Assembly (NCBI GenBank): GCA_947625785.1
Contig: CANQPS010000014.1
Span: 11,241 to 75,240, forward strand
Source: an uncultured Clostridia bacterium
GTDB lineage: Bacteria; Bacillota; Clostridia; Oscillospirales; Acutalibacteraceae
Reading direction: 5' to 3'
Length of the DNA stretch: 64,000 nucleotides
The position numbers and the translations under genes were made by a program. How positions within the stretch are numbered: position 1 is the first letter of the stretch; each line of letters begins with the position of its first letter. Of this stretch, positions 50,092 through 59,175 are shown in pieces. The notes under the pieces are model-generated. The model worked only from the letters and a program-made list of their open reading frames with translations, did no database searches and was not told the origin of the DNA.

Positions 50092-52233
50092 TTAAACAGT
50101 TACGTTAATAAATGCTGAAATATGTTCAGCAAGATTATCAAGTCCCATTGAGCTTGTATTAACGCATAAATCATAATATTGTGGGTCACCCCATACATAT
50201 GATGAATAATAATTGAAATAGTATTCTCTGTTCTTTTCCTTTTTGTATATAAACGATTTAGCCTCTGATTCAGACATATTCTCTCTTTGTGCTACATGTT
50301 TTATTCTGTCTTCAGAATTTGCAGAAACAAATATATCAATTGTATTGATGCCTTCTTTATTCAGAACATAGTTAGAACATCTTCCGACAAAAATACAAGG
50401 TGACATTTTTGCAAGCTGGAGAATAATATTCGACTGAATAAGAAACATTCTGTCTGTTGTTGAAGCATCATATTCTTTAGCAGCATACATTGTGCCCGAT
50501 GTCAAAGCGTGAAGAAGCTCTTTTCTAGGAGTTTCTTCTCCTTTTCTTATTTCTTTTTCAGTAAGTCCAAGTTCCATTGAGGCATATTTTATCATATCTT
50601 CATCATATACCGGAATATCCAGCTTTTTACCTAAAATACGAGCAAGCTCTCTGCCTCGGCTTCCATACTGTCTGCCGAATGTGATAATAAGTTTTTCACC
50701 GGTTTTTTCTTCATATTCCTTACCGCCTGAATATTGCGTAACATCAATATCAGATTCAATAGACGGAATTATCTCATAACCGGCCTGTTTTTCATATCCC
50801 GGAATAATCCAATCTTTATTAGCAGAAACGCCAAGATATTCGTCAGAAAATTCAGAAGTAATTTCTTTCTGCGGATATTTTTTAATGTACCATGTTTTCA
50901 TTAATACAAGATATATGATAAATCCTAAAGGAAAACCAATAAAATATCCGAAACTCGAAATAATATTTGCAAAAACAGTACCAACCATCAATGCGATAAG
51001 TCCGCATACATTAAAGCCGCCGCTGTATTTATACTGTCCGTCGCTTTTGAATAGCTCCTGAACGTTTAATCTTCTTTTTCTGATTATATAATAATCAGCA
51101 ATCATAATACCTGCAATTGCAGAAAGGATCGAGCCGAAATATCCGAGATATGTATAAAGCTGATTTAGTATATTCCAGGGCTGAACAAGACAGCCGATAA
51201 GACCTGCAATGATAACCGCAGCCTTATATGGAAGATTCCACCTTGCACCTGCATTTGTAAAACACATTGCAGGCGGCACAAGGTTAGCTGCTGTATTTGT
51301 TGACCATTGTGCAAGTATAACCATAACGAGCAGAATAACAAGAGTTACACCCTTTGCCTGTCCCTGAATAACTTCAACAGGATTCCAGTTCCCTGTTGTT
51401 TTATATGAAATCGCACCGATCACAGCTATAAAAGCTTCAATTATCGGAAGTGTTGCAAACTGTGGGATCCAGTTGTTTTTATTTCTCTTAAACCAGCTTT
51501 TTTCACCCATTGGTGCTTTCAAACTTCTTGTCATATTCGGAATATCAGCCGCAAGTGCTGCCCACATACCCATATTTGAACTCATGGTAACAAACCAGTA
51601 ACTTGCAGACGGCTGTGCAGGATGGTAACCTAAAATCGAAAAATTCTGCAAAGCAGCAATGTTGTTTACTTTATAGAACATCCAGCAGGTAATAAGGATG
51701 ATACATGGAGCTGCAATTGAAGAAAATTTGTCAATTGCCTTTAAGCCGAACATTGTATTTATAATTTGCAAAGCAGCAAATATTACAAACCATAAAAACC
51801 AGTTATCTATACCAAATAACGCAATTGTAAAATAGTTTATGGCTGTTGAACCTATATACGTATTTATTCCGAACCAGCATGATGCGATTATGCCTCGTAC
51901 CACAGCAGGAATATGTACACCCTTTATTCCAAACGGTGCTCTCAGATATGTTGCAAATGATAAACCATGTTCTACACCGATATCACCCGTAAGACTTCCT
52001 ATTGCTGCTATAATCAGATTAGCAACAAATGTAGCTGAAGCAACACCTATGACTCCCATCTTTTCAATGCCGCTTGCGCCAAAGCTGAAAACAGAAATTA
52101 CAATAGCCATACCTACCCAAATGTTGGCAAATCCTAATCCTGACAAAGTCCTTTTTCTTGAAGTAACAGGTATTACATCATCTGAAATAAGTGCATTATT
52201 CAAAGCCTTATTTTTTTCTTTCATAATTATCAC
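50092..52233 (-). CDS. NCS1-family nucleobase/hydantoin-type cation symporter fused to a C-terminal cytidylate-kinase-like (PF13189-type) domain
   Basis: Residues 1-~460 form a 12-TM NCS1 permease (cytosine/allantoin/hydantoin permease-like). A ~60-aa linker is followed by LIITFGRQYGSRGRELARILGKKLDIPVYDEDMI...FVGRCSNYVL..., typical of the cytidylate kinase-like family. It is a single uninterrupted 713-aa ORF. Confidence 0.7.
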   Translation of the reverse strand: MIIMKEKNKALNNALISDDVIPVTSRKRTLSGLGFANIWVGMAIVISVFSFGASGIEKMGVIGVASATFVANLIIAAIGSLTGDIGVEHGLSFATYLRAPFGIKGVHIPAVVRGIIASCWFGINTYIGSTAINYFTIALFGIDNWFLWFVIFAALQIINTMFGLKAIDKFSSIAAPCIILITCWMFYKVNNIAALQNFSILGYHPAQPSASYWFVTMSSNMGMWAALAADIPNMTRSLKAPMGEKSWFKRNKNNWIPQFATLPIIEAFIAVIGAISYKTTGNWNPVEVIQGQAKGVTLVILLVMVILAQWSTNTAANLVPPAMCFTNAGARWNLPYKAAVIIAGLIGCLVQPWNILNQLYTYLGYFGSILSAIAGIMIADYYIIRKRRLNVQELFKSDGQYKYSGGFNVCGLIALMVGTVFANIISSFGYFIGFPLGFIIYLVLMKTWYIKKYPQKEITSEFSDEYLGVSANKDWIIPGYEKQAGYEIIPSIESDIDVTQYSGGKEYEEKTGEKLIITFGRQYGSRGRELARILGKKLDIPVYDEDMIKYASMELGLTEKEIRKGEETPRKELLHALTSGTMYAAKEYDASTTDRMFLIQSNIILQLAKMSPCIFVGRCSNYVLNKEGINTIDIFVSANSEDRIKHVAQRENMSESEAKSFIYKKEKNREYYFNYYSSYVWGDPQYYDLCVNTSSMGLDNLAEHISAFINVTV

Positions 52234-52308
52234 TTCCTTATAAATTTAAGAGGACGTCTGCTGCTTAATGAGCAGACGTTCTCAATTTTTTAAGGGATAG
52301 AAGACTGC

Positions 52309-54093
52309 TTATTTTACCTTTCTTGCCTCTGCTGTGGCTGAATAATTGACCTTCATTGTAATCGGGTCAATAATTACTCCGTAAGAATCCTTTGCATCTT
52401 CAATTGTTGTGAAGTCATCAAGAACATCGCTGAGAACAAGCTCGGGATCTCTTTCAAAAGGATCTCCATATCCGCCGCAGGGAGTACGGATCTGAAGTAT
52501 ATCATTTACATTAAATTCTTCATCTGAAAGTTTTGAAGGAAGAGAAACTGCATTGTCTGAGCCTGGATTTTTAGTCATGCTTGCAGAATGACCGTCACTT
52601 CCTCCGAAAATACCCTTCGGTGCTTCAATATGTCTGTCACCTTCACAGGTTACAGTACCTTCTGAAAGGAATCTTGTTTCTCTTATGATACCTAAACCGC
52701 CTCTCCACTTACCCGGAGCAACAAGCTCAGGATTGAGTTCATAGCGTTCAATACGAAGTGGATAGTGCCACTCGATCTCCTCGATCGGAACGTTTCTTGT
52801 ATTAGCAACAAGGGCATCACATGAGTCAATGGCATCTTTGCCGTAACGGCCGCCGTATGAACCCTCATCAACTTCAAGATATACCCAGTATTCATCCTTG
52901 TTTTTATCAAAGCCGTTATAGCTTACAAAGTGAATATGAGCGCTTGTACCTGCGGAAACTCTTTCAGGCATTACATCAGCAAGTAAACGCATTACGCAGT
53001 CAGCCAAAAGATTTGCTTGATTGAATCTTGAGAATGATGCACGGGGGAAATTCGGATTGAAAATACATCCCTTCGGAGCAATAACCTTAACAGGTCTTCT
53101 CATACCGTCATTTTGAGGGATATACTGCTGATAAACAGCATCATCAAGGAACAAGGCGTGCATAATGTAGCTGATAGACGTCATTGTCGTACCCTCAAAT
53201 GATGCATTGAACGCTGTATAAACCTCATCTGCACTTCCTGTAAGGTCAATTGTAACTTCATCGCCTTTGATGGTAGTTGTTGTGCAGACCTTTAAGTGCT
53301 TGTCAAGATTTACGCCGTCATCATCAAGATATCCTTCCGCATAATATGTTCCGTCAGGGACTTTTGCGATAGCATTTCTGAGCATTCTTTCAGAATAATC
53401 CATCCAGTCCTCAATTGCCGAATAAACTGTTTCCATTCCGTATTTATCAAGAAGCTCTGTAAATCTTACAATGCCGTGCTTTGCAGAAGCGATCATAGCT
53501 TTCAGGTCATTTTCATTCATTGAAGGAGTACGGACATTATCAAGGATCATTCTCCATAACTGCTCATTCTTCTGTCCTTTTTCATAGAGCTTAATTGCAT
53601 AGTAAATTCTCGTTTCAGCATAAATATCTCTTGCAAAAACATCCATGCCGGGAGTATGCGAACCATTATCAAGCAAATGTGCCTGAACACATGAAAAGCT
53701 TATAAGCTTACCTTTATAAAAAATAGGGATACAAATATGAAGGTCAGGTGAATGTGATGTACCATAGTATGGATGATTATGAATAAAAACGTCACCCTCA
53801 TGAATATCTTCGAGTTTCCATCTTGTAAGAATGCCCTTTACATTGCCTCCTATAGAGCCAACGTGCATAGGTGTACTTTCACTTTCACAAAGCTGTCTTC
53901 CTGTGATATCAATTATACCACAGCCTATATCCTCTGATTCTCTAACGATACTTGAATATGACATTCTGTACAATACCATACCCATTTCCTGAGCGATCAT
54001 TTTAAACGAGCCGCCCAAAACCTGTAAAGTTACAGGATCGACCTCTACTCTTGGAATATTTAATCCTTCGATCATCTTAGCCATATTTATCAT
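52309..54093 (-). CDS. Hydantoinase B/oxoprolinase family protein (N-methylhydantoinase B-like)
   Basis: 594 aa. The N-terminus LNIPRVEVDPVTLQVLGGSFKMIAQEMG fits the Hydantoinase_B family. Confidence 0.85.
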   Translation of the reverse strand: MINMAKMIEGLNIPRVEVDPVTLQVLGGSFKMIAQEMGMVLYRMSYSSIVRESEDIGCGIIDITGRQLCESESTPMHVGSIGGNVKGILTRWKLEDIHEGDVFIHNHPYYGTSHSPDLHICIPIFYKGKLISFSCVQAHLLDNGSHTPGMDVFARDIYAETRIYYAIKLYEKGQKNEQLWRMILDNVRTPSMNENDLKAMIASAKHGIVRFTELLDKYGMETVYSAIEDWMDYSERMLRNAIAKVPDGTYYAEGYLDDDGVNLDKHLKVCTTTTIKGDEVTIDLTGSADEVYTAFNASFEGTTMTSISYIMHALFLDDAVYQQYIPQNDGMRRPVKVIAPKGCIFNPNFPRASFSRFNQANLLADCVMRLLADVMPERVSAGTSAHIHFVSYNGFDKNKDEYWVYLEVDEGSYGGRYGKDAIDSCDALVANTRNVPIEEIEWHYPLRIERYELNPELVAPGKWRGGLGIIRETRFLSEGTVTCEGDRHIEAPKGIFGGSDGHSASMTKNPGSDNAVSLPSKLSDEEFNVNDILQIRTPCGGYGDPFERDPELVLSDVLDDFTTIEDAKDSYGVIIDPITMKVNYSATAEARKVK

Positions 54094-54112
54094 TCCTTTC
54101 CATACAGTTTAC

Positions 54113-56188
54113 TCAAGCATTGATATCAATTACGATGATACCGTATTCATTGACCTTACCTACGCAGTCAGGTTCAACAACAATAGTTGTATCCATCTGA
54201 TTTATAATTGCAGGTCCCAAAATTATATCTCCAGCCTTAAACTTAGCTCTGTCATATACCTTTGTTTCAAAGTGTACAGGCTTTCCTTCAATCTTGAATG
54301 TAACATTTCTTGTATCGGTTACTGCTCTTTCAACATCACCATTTCCGATCTCGATCTTGATCGGTTCAAGCTCTTCTATGCTGCCTGTACCGACAACACG
54401 AATATTAACAATTTCAACAGCAACGTTCCTGTATGAACGACCGAACTGCTGCTTGTGGATCTGATGGAATGATTCCTTGAGTTTTTCAATTGTATCTTCT
54501 GTTACTTCACCGCCGATAACAGGAACTCTCATTTCATAGCCCTGACCTTCGTAACGACAGTCGGCATAACGAATAATTGTAATATCATCCTCTGACATAT
54601 TATCTTCAACAAGCTTGTCATGAGCTTCTTTTTCCAATTCGGCAAAATCATCTGTAAGAATACTGTAATCAACTTTTGTGGAAAGCTGCATTTCTGTCTT
54701 GGAGAAATCATACATAAGGTCTGTATTAACAAGACCTACAGCACATAATGCACCGGGATTTACAGGAATAATAACATTCTTCATACCGAGTTCTCTTGCA
54801 ACCGAGCAAGCGTGAAGTGATCCGGCGCCGCCGCACGCAAAGAGGGCAAACTCACGAGGGTCAAAACCACGTCTTACACTTTCCATTTCGATTTCCTGGA
54901 TCATATTATTGTTCATTACATCAATAATGCCAAGCGCTGCTTCGTCAAGAGTCTGTCCAAGCGGTTCACCGATCTTAGTCATAATAGCCTTTTCAGCAAG
55001 TTCGGGCTTGATTTCCATACGTCCGCCGAGAAGCTTTGTACCAAGTCTTCCAAGAATAATATTAGCATCTGAAACAGTAGGATCTGTACCGCCTCTGTCA
55101 TAGCAGGCAGGTCCCGGAACAGCGCCTGCACTCTGAGGACCTACTCTGAAGAATCCGCCCTCATCAATATAAGCCATCGAACCGCCGCCTGCTCCGATCG
55201 TACCTACATCAATCATAGGAACCATTGCAGAATATCCGCCTACTTTAGTATCAAGGATATGTTTCATGCTGGGCTTTAAATCAGCAAGAACTGAAATATC
55301 TGCTGATGTTCCTCCGATGTCAAGTGTAATTACATTGTTTATATCAGTAAGTTTTGTTGTCCATATCGCACCAAGAACACCGCCGACAGGACCTGAAAGA
55401 AGAAGATTTACAGGCTTTTCCTGAGCAGCTTGAGCTGAAGCAACACCGCCGAAGGACTGCATAAGATGTACTTTTGCCGTATATCCCTGTTCTTTAAGAG
55501 TTTTTTCAAGCTGTTTTATATATCTTGAAGTTGTAGGTCCAATATACGAATTCAACGCTGTTGTTGTAAATCTTTCATATTCTCTGAACTGCGGAAGAAC
55601 CTCGCTGCTGAGTGAAATGTAAACATCAGGATATTCTTCTTTTATGATCTCCTTTACACGCTGTTCATGCGCAGGATTTAAGAATGAGAAAAGAAAGCAT
55701 ACAGATATAGCTTCGATTTTTTCTTCTTTCATCTTTCTTACAGCACTTCTTACCTCATCCTCATTGAGAGGTACAAGTTCTTCACCTGTCGGAGCAATAA
55801 CACGTTCTGTAACTCCATATCTGTCACGTCTTTTGGCAACAGGGTATTTCTGCCACGGAATATCTTCAACAATAGAAAAGTTAGTAGGTCTTTTATGACG
55901 GGCGATATGAATGATATCTCTGTAACCCTTTGTTGTGATCATACCTGCTCTGCATCCCTTGTGTTCAAGAACCATATTTGTGGCAATTGTTGTACCATGG
56001 AAGATTTCCTGAATTTCACCATGCGGGATCTCAAGCTTATCACAGATAGCGTTAATACCTTCCATCATACCTATTGAAGGATCATGAGGAGTTGTTGAAG
56101 TTTTATAAACCTCTATTTTTCCGTCATCATCAACATAAATAAAGTCAGTAAACGTACCGCCTACGTCAACACCAATTCTTTTCATCAA
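54113..56188 (-). CDS. Hydantoinase A/oxoprolinase family protein (N-methylhydantoinase A-like, ATP-dependent)
   Basis: 691 aa. The N-terminus MKRIGVDVGGTFTDFIYV fits the Hydant_A_N plus Hydantoinase_A domains. Confidence 0.85.
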   Translation of the reverse strand: MMKRIGVDVGGTFTDFIYVDDDGKIEVYKTSTTPHDPSIGMMEGINAICDKLEIPHGEIQEIFHGTTIATNMVLEHKGCRAGMITTKGYRDIIHIARHKRPTNFSIVEDIPWQKYPVAKRRDRYGVTERVIAPTGEELVPLNEDEVRSAVRKMKEEKIEAISVCFLFSFLNPAHEQRVKEIIKEEYPDVYISLSSEVLPQFREYERFTTTALNSYIGPTTSRYIKQLEKTLKEQGYTAKVHLMQSFGGVASAQAAQEKPVNLLLSGPVGGVLGAIWTTKLTDINNVITLDIGGTSADISVLADLKPSMKHILDTKVGGYSAMVPMIDVGTIGAGGGSMAYIDEGGFFRVGPQSAGAVPGPACYDRGGTDPTVSDANIILGRLGTKLLGGRMEIKPELAEKAIMTKIGEPLGQTLDEAALGIIDVMNNNMIQEIEMESVRRGFDPREFALFACGGAGSLHACSVARELGMKNVIIPVNPGALCAVGLVNTDLMYDFSKTEMQLSTKVDYSILTDDFAELEKEAHDKLVEDNMSEDDITIIRYADCRYEGQGYEMRVPVIGGEVTEDTIEKLKESFHQIHKQQFGRSYRNVAVEIVNIRVVGTGSIEELEPIKIEIGNGDVERAVTDTRNVTFKIEGKPVHFETKVYDRAKFKAGDIILGPAIINQMDTTIVVEPDCVGKVNEYGIIVIDINA

Positions 56189-56284
56189 TGCTCACTCCTT
56201 ATAGAAAAAGCAGATAGTGGCATTCTCTGCAAAAATATGAGACGCCATTGTATGCTAAAATTTTTTAATGATTATCTGTAATTA

Positions 56285-57022
56285 TTACTTGTCCAGCTGT
56301 CTTTCGTGTTTTGTGTAAACAGAAGGATCAATACCTTCAAGATATTTAACAACTTCGTCAACAGGAACAACATCACAGAACTTAGCTTCCATATCAAAAA
56401 GGTTCCATTCAACAACACCGGGAACTCTGTCACCAACTGTTCCTTCAGGAACGATCGTCTTGAATCCGTAGCCTGTGGAATCCATAACTGTATATCTTAC
56501 GCAGGCACAAGCTGTAGCGCCCATAACAATAAGAGTATCTACACCAAGGAAATTAAGCGTCTGAGCAAGGTGTGTGCCAAAGAAGTTGGAAGCAAACTTC
56601 TTATGTATAACCGGTTCTTCCAGAAGAGGTTTGATCTTAGGGTCTATCTCCATCCATTCACTGTTAATATCAAGAGTGTTAAGCGGAATTTTTTCATCCC
56701 ATCTCGGAAGATCCATCTGATTTTTGCCAAGGAAACCTGTAGTTGTGTGAAAAATCGGAACACCTGATTTTCTTCCTGCTTCAAGAACCTTGAGAGCCTC
56801 TGCACAAACTTCTTCAGAGTGATTGCACGTAAACGGGTGACCTTCGCTCATCCAAGCCTTAGCCATATCAACTGTAGTAATTGCAGGAGCCTTACCGAAT
56901 CCCATCTTACGCATGAATCCACGCTCTTTATATACTTCTCTTGCCTCAGCAAAAGCCTTCTTTAAAAGTTCCTCATCAAATTCATAATGATCAACAAATT
57001 TAAAATCTTTATTCTCAGCCAT
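56285..57022 (-). CDS. Isochorismatase-family cysteine hydrolase (N-carbamoylsarcosine amidase / RutB-like amidase)
   Basis: TLIVMGATACACVRYTVMDSTGYGFKTIVPEGTVGDR carries the catalytic Cys in the isochorismatase-like fold. The start at 57022 has an agagagg RBS. Confidence 0.75.
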   Translation of the reverse strand: MAENKDFKFVDHYEFDEELLKKAFAEAREVYKERGFMRKMGFGKAPAITTVDMAKAWMSEGHPFTCNHSEEVCAEALKVLEAGRKSGVPIFHTTTGFLGKNQMDLPRWDEKIPLNTLDINSEWMEIDPKIKPLLEEPVIHKKFASNFFGTHLAQTLNFLGVDTLIVMGATACACVRYTVMDSTGYGFKTIVPEGTVGDRVPGVVEWNLFDMEAKFCDVVPVDEVVKYLEGIDPSVYTKHERQLDK

Positions 57023-57155
57023 AATAACATACCTCTCTAACAATTATTTTTTATAACGTCAGTTACTGTCTGAGAATTAAAATCCGGATTTACTTTCTCT
57101 GTAACTGTCTTAATTATAGCAGACAAAAAAAATGAAAATCAACAAATTTTACGAT

Positions 57156-57202
57156 TTGTCAATACTGTTTCATTGACAAATAATTGTACATATGGTACAA
57201 TT
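57156..57202 (+). promoter_or_regulatory. Near-consensus sigma-A promoter (TTGACA-17-TACAAT) embedded in two perfect palindromes, TTGTCAAT-N8-ATTGACAA and AATTGTAC-N5-GTACAATT, upstream of the regulator gene
   Basis: Read directly from the sequence. The -35 lies at 57174-57179 and the -10 at 57197-57202. The palindrome arms are exact reverse complements. Confidence 0.6.
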
Positions 57203-57215
57203 ATAAAAAAGCAAA

Positions 57216-57247
57216 GGTGCTGTACAGTTTTGTACGGCGCCTTTTTT
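57216..57247 (+). terminator. Leader hairpin with a U-run (terminator/attenuator-like) between the predicted promoter and the regulator start codon
   Basis: GGTGCTGTAC-agtttt-GTACGGCGCC (10 pairs, 2 G-U) followed by TTTTTT. The ATG is at 57279. Confidence 0.5.
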
Positions 57248-57278
57248 ATATGAGGTGATAAATGTGAAATCAAGGAAT

Positions 57279-58745
57279 ATGTCAACATTTGGTTATATAG
57301 TAAATTATCTGAATATCAAGACTTCTCTGATGGCAAAATTCATTCACGTTGATTCAAGTCTGATAAGTAAATGGAAATCAGGTCAAAGACAGATCAATGA
57401 GGAGTCGGTCTACTTTAATGATGTCGTTTCGTTTATAATGAATTATGATGAAAATAATTGTTATTCAACGCTGAAAAAGGTATTGACGGAACTGTATCCT
57501 TATGAAAAAATATTGGATAAAAATAATATTGAATCAATGCTGAAATATGCACTTTGCGGCAATATAAAAAACGAGTCAAATATTCTTATGGGAAATCTTA
57601 AAACAATTCCTATAGTTTTTTTCAGCGGCATTAAAGGTCAGCAAGAAGCAATCATGAAATTGTTTGATTCAATTGAAAAGACAGAAACCGGTAACCTTAC
57701 ATTTATTGATACGCTTGCTTTTAAGTGGATATGGATCGATTCGGAATTTTCCAAAAACTTCACAAACAGACTCATCAAACTTCTTAATCGTGGATATCAT
57801 GCTGTATTTGTTATAAGATATTCCTCGTCCAAGGAAAATTTTCACAAGTTTTTTGATTCCTGCATTTCAATTATCTTTAACAAAAATGTAAGATGGTATT
57901 ATGTTCAGTATTATGATGAACCTATTGTCGGATTATCAATTATTCTGTATAACCATATATTGTCAATTATAGGAATGTTTTCAAATATTTTTAAAATGAC
58001 AACAATGGTATTTAAAGACAAAGAAATAGTAATGAATCATTATGAGGTAGCTAAGGAATTTACGGAAAGAAGTATACCGTTATTTAACAAATCCGAACCA
58101 TTTTCACTGCCTGATAAAATTTTAAACATACATAGTCTAAGTATAAAAAAAGACTTTTATGCTTTTCTTCCGACTCCCGCAATGATCGCAACAAATGTTC
58201 ATAACATAAGCGATGTGCTTAAGGAAAATAATATTGACGAAAACTCTGAACTGTTTGCACAAGTACTTGAACTTAACGGATTTTTCAGGCATCATTCGGG
58301 AATTAACAATGAAGATTCGGTTCTCAAAAAGAAATATTTTATCTTTCATATAGAAGAACTCATTGAAAATGCTGAAAAAGAAGTTATCGGAAGCAACAGC
58401 CTTACGCTTGCTTGCGGCAAAGAAATAAATATAAAAAAAGAATACTTTGCAAACGAACTGAAAACACTTGCTGAAATTCTTATGGAAAATTCTGACTTTA
58501 ATATTGCTCTTGTATCAGAAAAAGATAATCTTATGCTTCCTAATATGAATTGTTGGTGTCTGGAAGGCGGCTTTCTGATGCAGATGCGTGATGACGGATT
58601 TTATATCTGCGAAGAAAGCACCATCATCTCTACAGCATTTAATGCTCTTGAACGCTGCATTCATAAGATCCCGCCTGAAAGGAAGGATAAGGAGTACGTT
58701 TCAAAATATTTAATTGAACTGGCTGATGAAATAATGAAACAGTAA
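57279..58745 (+). CDS. XRE-family HTH transcriptional regulator with a large uncharacterised C-terminal domain, divergent from the hydantoinase operon
   Basis: The N-terminal FGYIVNYLNIKTSLMAKFIHVDSSLISKWKSGQRQI matches the XRE HTH pattern. An aagga RBS precedes the ATG at 57279. It is 489 aa. Confidence 0.65.
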   Translation: MSTFGYIVNYLNIKTSLMAKFIHVDSSLISKWKSGQRQINEESVYFNDVVSFIMNYDENNCYSTLKKVLTELYPYEKILDKNNIESMLKYALCGNIKNESNILMGNLKTIPIVFFSGIKGQQEAIMKLFDSIEKTETGNLTFIDTLAFKWIWIDSEFSKNFTNRLIKLLNRGYHAVFVIRYSSSKENFHKFFDSCISIIFNKNVRWYYVQYYDEPIVGLSIILYNHILSIIGMFSNIFKMTTMVFKDKEIVMNHYEVAKEFTERSIPLFNKSEPFSLPDKILNIHSLSIKKDFYAFLPTPAMIATNVHNISDVLKENNIDENSELFAQVLELNGFFRHHSGINNEDSVLKKKYFIFHIEELIENAEKEVIGSNSLTLACGKEINIKKEYFANELKTLAEILMENSDFNIALVSEKDNLMLPNMNCWCLEGGFLMQMRDDGFYICEESTIISTAFNALERCIHKIPPERKDKEYVSKYLIELADEIMKQ

Positions 58746-59175
58746 TAAAATAACAGCTATACCATAAGTTAAGTTACAGCTGCTTTAATCAAAATATTAA
58801 CTTTACACACAATAGCATCTCCTTAATAACATGGTGATCTGAAAATACCGTCAAAATACATATAGCAATGGAAATATGGTTAAGAAATTATTTCTGTATT
58901 GTAAATAAATATAACTCAAAAATAATTACACTGCTTGTGATGAGCAGTGAATATGAATCTATAACATTATCAGAGGTGATTCATAAAAAATCAAAAAATG
59001 CTTATTCCACACAGGAATATTGCGGCTTATATATGACCTTATATGCAGTTTATGCTGCTGTCTGCTGAACAAGGAAAAGCAATGTAAGGTCAATACTATG
59101 CAAATACAGCAAATTACACTTGATTTCAAAGTGAAAAAAATGATATACTCATAATATAAGATCGGAGGTGCAGTC

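Noticed and set aside
58746-59175. Two small overlapping ORFs (58868..59068 plus strand, 58959..59177 minus strand) in the intergenic region before the AAA-ATPase gene
   Set aside because: They have no RBS, overlap each other on opposite strands, have odd composition and no motifs. The region more likely holds the promoter of the downstream gene (TTGATT-18-TATACT).
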